A DNA stretch of 64,000 nt, taken from NCBI GenBank assembly GCA_021740625.1, contig JAIOZK010000004.1, forward strand, positions 100,316 through 164,315, written 5' to 3'. The stretch's first letter is position 1, and the number at the start of each line of letters is the position of its first letter. The translations under genes were made by a program, and so were the position numbers. This document shows, in pieces, positions 19,093 to 26,163 of the stretch. The notes below the pieces were generated by a model. That model saw nothing but the letters and a program-made list of their open reading frames with translations, was not told the DNA's origin and did not search any database. Origin of the DNA: Bacteroidales bacterium. GTDB taxonomy: Bacteria > Bacteroidota > Bacteroidia > Bacteroidales > JAIOZK01.

Positions 19093-19593
19093 ATGAAAAA
19101 ACATGCATTATTAAGTCTATCACTAATCGTTGTGTTTTGCTTTGCTTTCCTGGGCAGCGAAGCTATGCCGGAAAACGACAAACAGGTTCAGGTAAAGATC
19201 ACAAAAGTGGAAAGAAATGGAAAAGAGGTTATCGTCCATTTCCAATTAAAAAACACCGGAGATCCAATTGATCTGGCACTCAAGAACAATGATGGAAGCT
19301 ATGCTCTTGGAAAAAACGGTCGCAAGTACAAACTTAAAAAGCTGGTTATTGGAAACCAGAAATCGAGCAGGCTTGTGGGCAAAAGAAGCCAAAAACTAGA
19401 TAAAAACAAATCAATTAATGGTATGGCAATTTTTGACGTTCCGGATGAAACAAATGATTTTAAAGAGATAAAGATCTCAAGCAAAAACAAGTTTTCAGCC
19501 AAATTTAAAAATGTTAAAACCAAGGACAAAAAGCCTTCGCCTTCAAAGCGATTTAAACCCAGTTCAAAAAAGCTGGAAAAACCAAGAAAATAA
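19093..19593 (+). CDS. Small secreted/lipid-anchored beta-sandwich protein (DUF4352-like, tentative) with a lysine-rich tail
   Basis: 166 aa with a signal peptide, VQVKITKVERNGKEVIVHFQLKNTG and a C-terminal K/P/S-rich tail. Paralog of 29717-30217. Confidence 0.75.
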   Translation: MKKHALLSLSLIVVFCFAFLGSEAMPENDKQVQVKITKVERNGKEVIVHFQLKNTGDPIDLALKNNDGSYALGKNGRKYKLKKLVIGNQKSSRLVGKRSQKLDKNKSINGMAIFDVPDETNDFKEIKISSKNKFSAKFKNVKTKDKKPSPSKRFKPSSKKLEKPRK

Positions 19594-19620
19594 TTTAATA
19601 TTAACCTAAACCAAATTTCA

Positions 19621-20142
19621 ATGGAAAAAAATGAAACAATTAAATCGGTAACAATGATTTTATCCGGATCGCTCCTTCAGATGTTTAACGGGATTGGTAA
19701 TGGATGGATTTCAACGCTAACTGCCATATTCGGCTTAATACTGCTGTTTATGGGATTAAGTAAACTTAAAAGAGGCATTGATGAAGCCGGGCAGGGTGCT
19801 GTAAAATTGCTTATCATTGCGGCAGTGCTTGGTATCATCGGTTTGATCCTTGATCTGATCCCATTGGTAGGCATCGTGGCCTCAATCGTCTTTATCGTCG
19901 CATTTATTGTACAATTAATTGGTGTATTAAAGCTGAAAAAATCAGAAACCATCGGTGAATCGGGTAAAAGTGGTGTAACCTTACTCCTAATTGCCATGAT
20001 ATTGGCAATTTTACAAAGTATAGTGGGCTTTGTTCCTTTTGCCGGTGGAATAGTGGCTGGAATTATTTCGCTGGTGGCCCTCATACTTTTGTTTTTCGGG
20101 TGGCTCAGAATTCAGGATGGAATTATCATCAATAATCCCTAA
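19621..20142 (+). CDS. Small polytopic membrane protein (173 aa, about 5 TM) with an internal two-helix duplication
   Basis: Roughly 85 percent aa identity, by eye, to the product of 29167-29688 despite heavy synonymous divergence. Internal repeat: LSKLKRGIDEAGQGAVKLL... versus VLKLKKSETIGESGKSGVTLL... Confidence 0.85.
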   Translation: MEKNETIKSVTMILSGSLLQMFNGIGNGWISTLTAIFGLILLFMGLSKLKRGIDEAGQGAVKLLIIAAVLGIIGLILDLIPLVGIVASIVFIVAFIVQLIGVLKLKKSETIGESGKSGVTLLLIAMILAILQSIVGFVPFAGGIVAGIISLVALILLFFGWLRIQDGIIINNP

Positions 20143-20163
20143 TTGAAATTTTCTCACTAAAAG

Positions 20164-20196
20164 AAGGCTAGCTTATTATAAGGTAGCCTTTTTTTT
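20164..20196 (+). terminator. Bidirectional hairpin terminator between convergent genes
   Basis: AAGGCTA...TAGCCTT followed by a T-run. Confidence 0.6.
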
Positions 20197-20210
20197 AAGC
20201 AATCCAGAAA

Positions 20211-21101
20211 TTAAAAACCAAGTTCTTTTATGAGTTTCTTGGCACCACTATCTTCCAGAGAAATGCATATCAATTCTTTCCCCGCTTCAAAAGATTGAAA
20301 TATTTCTTTTTCACCGTCATTTACTTTACAATTTGAAAAATTTTCACCTTCAACATTCAATACGGTAACTTTCCCAATTTCTTTTTCGCGCCTCATTCCG
20401 GCCAAAATTGAAACTTCCACAACTTTAAATTTATCACCTTTGTTAATTCCAAATTTTTCTCCAGCGGCAATCAGAACCTCTCTCGCTTTATCTCTTTTCT
20501 CATCGGTTATTTCAACAAGCAAAATGTCCAAAGGAAAATATCTTTGGATAAATATTTCCACTTTGTAATCCAGCGATTTTAAATAATCAAGCAAAGCTTC
20601 ATTGTATGATTTTTCGCTGTAGCCGGTTTCTTTAATGACCTCTGTTCCGATTATGCTACTATCGGCGACATTTATTGCGGTAATGACAAACTGCATACCA
20701 ACCTGATATTGGGTATACGTTCGTTCTCCTCCGCCGATTTGTTTGGAAGTAACGTTTTTACTATCTGTAATGATCCCTGTAATATCGCCCTTAATAATGT
20801 AATCAGCTCCCAAAGATTTTAAAACCTCATACCGGCTAAAGGTATTTACTTCCAGAGTGTCATTCTCTTTCTGAGCCAGAGCATTCTCTAGCGCATCTTC
20901 CATGACCTTTTTTTCAATCACATTGAATCTGTTGGTTTTGATAAAGGCATTGTAAACTGCTTCCCGCAGTTTCTGTCCAACCTCTGCCGGAATATTTTCA
21001 TCCCACCCAAACTTATCGATTGCGAGGTTTTCTTTTTGAGTTTGGGCATTCAGGGGAACAATGAAAAAAATCACCCATGTAAATAATAATAACTTTCTCA
21101 T
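20211..21101 (-). CDS. Periplasmic protein with a CsgG/LpoB-like N-terminal domain (tentative)
   Basis: 296 aa with a signal peptide. The pattern IDKFGW...LREAVYNAFIKTNRFNVIEKKVMEDALE resembles CsgG/LpoB-type domains. The C-terminal half is beta-rich. Confidence 0.65.
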   Translation of the reverse strand: MRKLLLFTWVIFFIVPLNAQTQKENLAIDKFGWDENIPAEVGQKLREAVYNAFIKTNRFNVIEKKVMEDALENALAQKENDTLEVNTFSRYEVLKSLGADYIIKGDITGIITDSKNVTSKQIGGGERTYTQYQVGMQFVITAINVADSSIIGTEVIKETGYSEKSYNEALLDYLKSLDYKVEIFIQRYFPLDILLVEITDEKRDKAREVLIAAGEKFGINKGDKFKVVEVSILAGMRREKEIGKVTVLNVEGENFSNCKVNDGEKEIFQSFEAGKELICISLEDSGAKKLIKELGF

Positions 21102-21142
21102 AATGTTATGTTTTGGTTTTGGTTATTTTGGATCTCAATTCA

Positions 21143-22225
21143 TTAATAGAAATAGTTTCTCCAAATATAAGTGAATATTGTGGAGATAAAGTGCTCAGAT
21201 GCATCAAAATCTGAGGTCAATCGAAGGCTGATGTCCGGATCAACAAATTCCTGACTTTGTTGATCTTTAATATATACTTTGCAAGTCCTGACACCCATTG
21301 CGTCATCGGATTTCAACTCCTGCATTTTAACCACCACCAGAACATCTTCTTTCTCAATATTTCCAGGTTTAACCGGATTTGGAACATTGGGGTTGGTCAT
21401 ACCTTGTTCTACCATCTCGATTTCATTAAGAATAGCGGCAATATTTTCACGCTCCAACACCTTCAAACCGGGAATTTTAGAAAACATGCGTGTTAATTTT
21501 GCTTGAATTCCCTTCAAAAGACTTTGGCATCTATTATCATCCTCACATCCATCTATGATTACGGCAACTGCATCCCGTTCAGGCTTTTCAGCAGTATAGT
21601 GTGTTGGTGTAATATTTACATGTATGCATTGAGTCCTGTTGTTAAATTTATCTCTATCAACCCCAACCATATGTTGTACAGTGGTTTTGCTAACTGCCCG
21701 CCAAACAAGATGTTCAAGTTTGTCCCAGGTTACACTGTTTATTATGGTTTCCTCGGGATTTGAGCGGTATCGTCCTCCCTTATACGGGATATTCTCAAAG
21801 CTGCAGGAAGCAATTTTCATTTCCTCTACATGTGCTTTTTCCCTGTTTGGAACACTGTATCTTACATAGGAATAATCGATATCGATGTTATTAATGCTTT
21901 TGCGGTCTTCTGAAAGCGTACCATAAAAAGAAGCAATCTCCTCTGCTACTGACTGCTTATTTATTTTCATTCCACTAAAATCATTGCCATCAAGACGCAT
22001 GTCATTCACACTAAAATAAAAGCCAAGGACTGTATTATATTCATCCCGAATTTTCCTGACATTTCCGTTACTGAACTTTTTTGTCTTAACTATTTCTTTC
22101 ACTTTTGACGGTACACTAACCGTAATATAACATTTTCGAAATTCAGCTTGAGCGAATCCATAGATTTGAAAAAAAAATGCATTTAAGAAAATCAAAGTGA
22201 ATAAAAATCGGAATTGTGTTTTCAT
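21143..22225 (-). CDS. Secreted hypothetical protein with a C-terminal CsgG-like segment (tentative)
   Basis: 360 aa with a signal peptide. AVAVIIDGCED...KIPGLKVLERENIAAILNEIEMVEQG resembles the CsgG-family core motif. Confidence 0.65.
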   Translation of the reverse strand: MKTQFRFLFTLIFLNAFFFQIYGFAQAEFRKCYITVSVPSKVKEIVKTKKFSNGNVRKIRDEYNTVLGFYFSVNDMRLDGNDFSGMKINKQSVAEEIASFYGTLSEDRKSINNIDIDYSYVRYSVPNREKAHVEEMKIASCSFENIPYKGGRYRSNPEETIINSVTWDKLEHLVWRAVSKTTVQHMVGVDRDKFNNRTQCIHVNITPTHYTAEKPERDAVAVIIDGCEDDNRCQSLLKGIQAKLTRMFSKIPGLKVLERENIAAILNEIEMVEQGMTNPNVPNPVKPGNIEKEDVLVVVKMQELKSDDAMGVRTCKVYIKDQQSQEFVDPDISLRLTSDFDASEHFISTIFTYIWRNYFY

Positions 22226-22268
22226 TATGATTATTGGTTTTTATTTATAAAATTGTGTTTGATGATTC

Positions 22269-22276
22269 CAAAATTA
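22269..22276 (-). promoter_or_regulatory. -7 promoter box (TAATTTTG on the minus strand) for the 22225-20211 operon
   Basis: Exact TAnnTTTG match 43 nt upstream of the start at 22225, downstream of conserved motif copy 2. Confidence 0.5.
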
Positions 22277-22297
22277 CATATTCAGAAAGCTTCAATA

Positions 22298-22340
22298 CAA
22301 ATATTTGTTGTATGAATTTATGAATTTAAACAAGCGTAAA
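22298..22340 (-). promoter_or_regulatory. Conserved promoter-proximal motif, copy 2
   Basis: The minus strand reads TTTACGCTTGTTTAAATTCATAAATTCATACAACAAATATTTG, matching copy 1 at most positions. Confidence 0.6.
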
Positions 22341-22569
22341 CAGTTGATTTTATTCTTTTTGAGAATAATATACAATAAGTCGACTTTTGAAAGTATAATT
22401 AACATAAAAATGACTTAACTTAGAAACTTTTATCTTGTATATGGGTTTTATCATTTAAACAAACTAAAATCAAAGAACCAATGGTTTTCGCGGTATATGG
22501 AGGCATAGCAATGATTTGCGACTTTATAATATTACTGTTTTTTTAACAAAATTTGTTGTAACCACATGC

Positions 22570-22606
22570 AATTAAAACAAAAACACACCCTTGCTGGCGT
22601 GTGTTT
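22570..22606 (-). terminator. Intrinsic terminator downstream of the acyltransferase remnant
   Basis: The minus strand reads AAACACAC-loop-GTGTGTTT followed by TTGTTTTAATT. Confidence 0.55.
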
Positions 22607-22688
22607 GTGCCTAAATTCCGTAAGTCTCGGGGTAACTTATTCATTTATCAAAAATCAAAAAAAAGTAACCCCAACTCAAACTTTAGTT

Positions 22689-22929
22689 TTAAGTTAAGCC
22701 CGTTCCGTTTTCAACATTTTTCACAAGCTCATAAATATACCTGGCCATATCCGCACCGTCAACAACATCATGATCCATTAAAACTGTCATGTTCATGATA
22801 TCTCTTATCTGGATTTGTTTGCCAATTACCCTGGGTTTTTGAATGAACCGGTTCCAGAAAACTGCTCACATGATGTTTGCGCTTACCCATTTCGCAAACA
22901 TCAATGCTTACAATGCGGGAGGCAGGGAA
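22689..22929 (-). pseudogene. 3' remnant of a 2-oxoacid dehydrogenase E2-type acyltransferase-like gene, frameshifted
   Basis: The minus strand encodes ...VIGKQIQIRDIMNMTVLMDHDVVDGADMARYIYELVKNVENGTGLT*, which carries the DHxxxDG catalytic motif context. The upstream part (VSIDVCEMGKRKHHV) is in another frame, and no N-terminal two thirds is present. Confidence 0.5.
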
Positions 22930-23061
22930 TAAGTTCGTATTAAGTATTTATTAACCGCAAAGCGCGCAACCTACTTGCAAAGAGCGAAAAGAATTTGATT
23001 TGCTTATAACCTTATTACAACTCCAGGGATCAATTCGTGATATTTGCGGTGGAGTCTTTTT

Positions 23062-23236
23062 TCAGCTATTTTTCGTAACTTCACAACTTCATTTTTTGAA
23101 ACGGCAAACTTTAAAAGACTGACTTATTATGATCACAATTTATCACAATCCAAGATGCAAGAAATCCAGGGCAGGCCTGCAATACCTCGAAGATAAGGGG
23201 GTGGATTTTGAAATCAGGCAATACCTGAAAAAGCCC
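23062..23236 (+). repeat. Right copy of the 175-bp direct repeat
   Basis: See 11216-11390. Confidence 0.95.
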
Positions 23237-23470
23237 CTGAGCAAAGATGAATTGAAAAGCTTGCTGACCAAAATGAACAAAAAACCCCATGACATCATCC
23301 GCACGCAGGAGGAAAAGTACCGCAAGGAGTTGAAAGGAAAGAATTTTTCGGATGAGGAATGGATCAGCATCCTGGTGGAGAACCCCAAACTGATGCAACG
23401 ACCCATCGTGGAAAAAGAATACAAGGCTGTCCTTGCCCAGCCACCCGAAAATATTGACGAACTTCTATAA
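23129..23470 (+). CDS. ArsC/Spx/YffB-family protein (arsenate reductase-like thioredoxin fold)
   Basis: 113 aa. The N-terminal IYHNPRCKKSR carries the conserved Cys context, and PKLMQRPIV is also present. Confidence 0.85.
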   Translation: MITIYHNPRCKKSRAGLQYLEDKGVDFEIRQYLKKPLSKDELKSLLTKMNKKPHDIIRTQEEKYRKELKGKNFSDEEWISILVENPKLMQRPIVEKEYKAVLAQPPENIDELL

Positions 23471-23481
23471 GATCAAAGATC

Positions 23482-23877
23482 ATGTTATCAGAAAAAAGTT
23501 TTGATAATTTCAGTGTTTGGACCGACAGTATTGCTTTTGTAAAAGAAATGTACGTGCTGACCAACATTTTCCCTGAGGAGGAAAAGCAGGGACTGGTCCC
23601 CAAGCTGCGCAATGCGGCCATAGAAATTGCCACAAAGATCTCCAAAAGCCTGTCGAATCTGAAAGCAAAGAAAGAAGACGATTATCTGTTGCAGGCCATC
23701 GACCTGATCAACGAAATCGAGACCCTGCTCACTATTGCAAAAGAGCTTTCTTACATCAGTTCCGACGATCTTGAACGATATAAAACCAAAACCGAGGACC
23801 TGGGCATGCAGCTTTTCAATCTTTCGAGAAAATTGAACCGTGACCGGGAAATCAAAGAAGCCCAAAATAAATTTTAA
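23482..23877 (+). CDS. Four-helix-bundle protein (23S rRNA intervening-sequence protein family)
   Basis: 131 aa. The pattern [27 protein letters not shown] is typical of this family. Confidence 0.75.
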   Translation: MLSEKSFDNFSVWTDSIAFVKEMYVLTNIFPEEEKQGLVPKLRNAAIEIATKISKSLSNLKAKKEDDYLLQAIDLINEIETLLTIAKELSYISSDDLERYKTKTEDLGMQLFNLSRKLNRDREIKEAQNKF

Positions 23878-23882
23878 CAGCG

Positions 23883-25274
23883 ATGGAATACAGAACAGAA
23901 AAAGACACCATGGGGGCGGTAAAAGTTCCCGCAGACAAGTATTGGGGTGCACAAACCCAGCGTTCAAAGCAGAACTTTCAAATTGGTGAATCAGGCAGCA
24001 TGCCCGTGGAGATCATCCGGGCATTTGCCTACCTAAAAAAAGCGGCAGCCCTTAGCAACAATGAACTCGGCGTTCTGGCAGAGGAAAAAGCCGAACTGAT
24101 CGCCCGTGTGTGTGATGAGATCCTGGAAGGAAAGCTGGATGACAATTTCCCGCTTGTGGTATGGCAGACCGGTTCGGGTACCCAATCGAATATGAACATG
24201 AACGAAGTGGTTGCCAACAGGGCGCATGTATTGCGTGGCGGAAAGCTTGGGGAGGGGGATCGTTTTATTCACCCCAATGACGATGTGAATAAATCACAAT
24301 CTTCCAATGATACTTTTCCAACGGCCATGCACATTGCGGCCTATAAAATGATCGTTGAAACGACCATTCCCGGGATAGAAATGCTGCGGGATACTTTGGA
24401 GAAAAAGGCCAGGGATCTTGACGAGGTTGTGAAGATCGGGCGCACCCACTTGATGGATGCCACACCACTCACACTTGGACAGGAATTTTCCGGCTATGTA
24501 TCGCAGTTGAACCACGGATTGAAAGCCCTGAAGTCGACACTCGACCATTTAAGCGAGCTGGCTTTGGGCGGAACAGCCGTTGGAACAGGAATTAATACTC
24601 CGCAAGGTTACGCCGAGCTGGTTGCCAATAAGATTGCAGAACTTACCGGACTTCCTTTCAGAACGGCGGATAATAAGTTCGAAGCCCTTTCGGCCCATGA
24701 TGCCATCGTTGAGACATCGGGCGCTTTGAAAACTCTGGCAGTAAGCTTGATGCATATCGGCAACAATATGCGCCTGCTGGCATCCGGTCCACGTTGCGGC
24801 ATTGGCGAGATCGTGTTCCCGGCCAATGAGCCCGGATCTTCTATTATGCCGGGTAAGGTTAATCCCACACAGGCTGAAGCCCTAACCATGGTTTGTGCCC
24901 AGGTTATCGGGAACGATGCCGCTGTTGCAGCCGGAGGCATGCAGGGGCATTTCCAGTTGAACGTTTTCAAACCGGTCATGATTTATAATCTCCTGATGGC
25001 GGCACGTCTGCTTGGGGATGCATGTGTTTCTTTCAACAACAACTGCGCGATTGGTGTAGAAGCTCACAAGGGAAATATCCTCGGTAATCTGAACAATTCC
25101 CTGATGCTGGTAACAGCACTGAATACGCATATCGGTTATGAAAAAGCTGCCGAGATCGCCAAGAAGGCACACAAGGAGGGATCAACCCTGAAGGAAGCTG
25201 CCATCGAACTGGGCTTCCTGACCGAAGAAGAGTTCGATGAGAAAGTGGATCCGAAGAAGATGATCGGGCGGTAG
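23883..25274 (+). CDS. fumC: Class II fumarate hydratase
   Basis: 463 aa with signature [17 protein letters not shown]. Confidence 0.97.
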   Translation: MEYRTEKDTMGAVKVPADKYWGAQTQRSKQNFQIGESGSMPVEIIRAFAYLKKAAALSNNELGVLAEEKAELIARVCDEILEGKLDDNFPLVVWQTGSGTQSNMNMNEVVANRAHVLRGGKLGEGDRFIHPNDDVNKSQSSNDTFPTAMHIAAYKMIVETTIPGIEMLRDTLEKKARDLDEVVKIGRTHLMDATPLTLGQEFSGYVSQLNHGLKALKSTLDHLSELALGGTAVGTGINTPQGYAELVANKIAELTGLPFRTADNKFEALSAHDAIVETSGALKTLAVSLMHIGNNMRLLASGPRCGIGEIVFPANEPGSSIMPGKVNPTQAEALTMVCAQVIGNDAAVAAGGMQGHFQLNVFKPVMIYNLLMAARLLGDACVSFNNNCAIGVEAHKGNILGNLNNSLMLVTALNTHIGYEKAAEIAKKAHKEGSTLKEAAIELGFLTEEEFDEKVDPKKMIGR

Positions 25275-25286
25275 GCTTTTACATTG

Positions 25287-25343
25287 GCAGTCGGCAATAG
25301 GCAGTAAGCAGTCGGCAGTTATCAGCAGGTAGTTGACTGCAGC
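25287..25343 (+). repeat. GCAGT-rich low-complexity repeat immediately after the fumC stop
   Basis: GGCAGTCGGCAATAGGCAGTAAGCAGTCGGCAGTTATCAGCAGGTAGTTGACTGCAGC. It is an imperfect inverted partner of 26108-26162. Confidence 0.7.
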
Positions 25344-25466
25344 AAGGGCTGGATTTGAGGCTCTCGCTTTAAGCGTGGGTTTCGACTTCGCTCGACCTTT
25401 AATAGACAGGTCTTTTAGCTTCGTTTAAGATGACCAGAAGAAAAATTTTAAGAATCTCATTTATAA

Positions 25467-25988
25467 ATGCCAAAGCATCATTATTTAAGTATTGACTTCA
25501 GAAGAGAAAGCTTGACACATATTCTTTACTCCCTTGAATATGGCATTCAAAGTTTAAGGTTATTTAATAAAGAGTTTAAATATTATGATGGATTATGGCT
25601 GTTGGAGGAATCTGAACCAATGTTTGGTTTGGCATTTATTGCCTTGCAAAACTATGTTAACGGAAGCATATATGACAGGTACAGAGATTTAAAGGAGCAA
25701 AACTTATTTTATAAAGAAGGTAGGATCGTCAAAGACTCTGGAAGGACTGATATTGAGCTTATAGTTGCCCTTGCAAATTATTATAAGCATAGAGATCACC
25801 CAAATGAACTGTTTGAAGCAACAAGATCAGTTCTTGATGATTTTGATTTTCGATATGATAAATTTGATGACATAACTATGTCTCCCTTAATAAAAGGTAT
25901 CGAATTATTTTCTAATACCTGGAGTCTGCCTGCAATGATTGAAGTTGTCTCAACTTGGAGAAAATCATTATGGGATAATTCTTCTTAG
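25467..25988 (+). CDS. Orphan hypothetical protein (173 aa), AT-rich
   Basis: Clean ORF in an 890-bp gap between convergent genes. I recognise no motif. Confidence 0.5.
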   Translation: MPKHHYLSIDFRRESLTHILYSLEYGIQSLRLFNKEFKYYDGLWLLEESEPMFGLAFIALQNYVNGSIYDRYRDLKEQNLFYKEGRIVKDSGRTDIELIVALANYYKHRDHPNELFEATRSVLDDFDFRYDKFDDITMSPLIKGIELFSNTWSLPAMIEVVSTWRKSLWDNSS

Positions 25989-26107
25989 GATTTGCAGCCA
26001 GAGATGACTTGTAAAATTGTTATATTATCATTGGTATCGACTTGACCGGATTACCACAATTTGTATATAGTTAACCCAAGTCCCGGAATGACCTTTTCCT
26101 AAATACC

Positions 26108-26162
26108 TACTGCAACTGCAACTGCTAGTGCTGCTACTGCAACTGTCGATACCACTGCAACC
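26108..26162 (+). repeat. ACTGC-rich low-complexity repeat immediately after the glycosyltransferase stop
   Basis: TACTGCAACTGCAACTGCTAGTGCTGCTACTGCAACTGTCGATACCACTGCAACC. Its reverse complement is GCAGT-rich like 25287-25343. Confidence 0.7.
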
Positions 26163-26163
26163 A

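Noticed and set aside
22601-22798. 65-aa plus-strand ORF (GTG start) near the island's right edge
   Set aside because: It starts within the terminator hairpin and lies opposite the acyltransferase remnant, whose reading frame has recognisable homology. No promoter or motif support.
11216-23236. Interpreting the repeat-bounded island as an intact integrative/conjugative element or prophage
   Set aside because: I can recognise no integrase, recombinase, transposase, relaxase, or phage structural or replication genes. Only the boundary repeats, composition and gene remnants suggest foreign origin.
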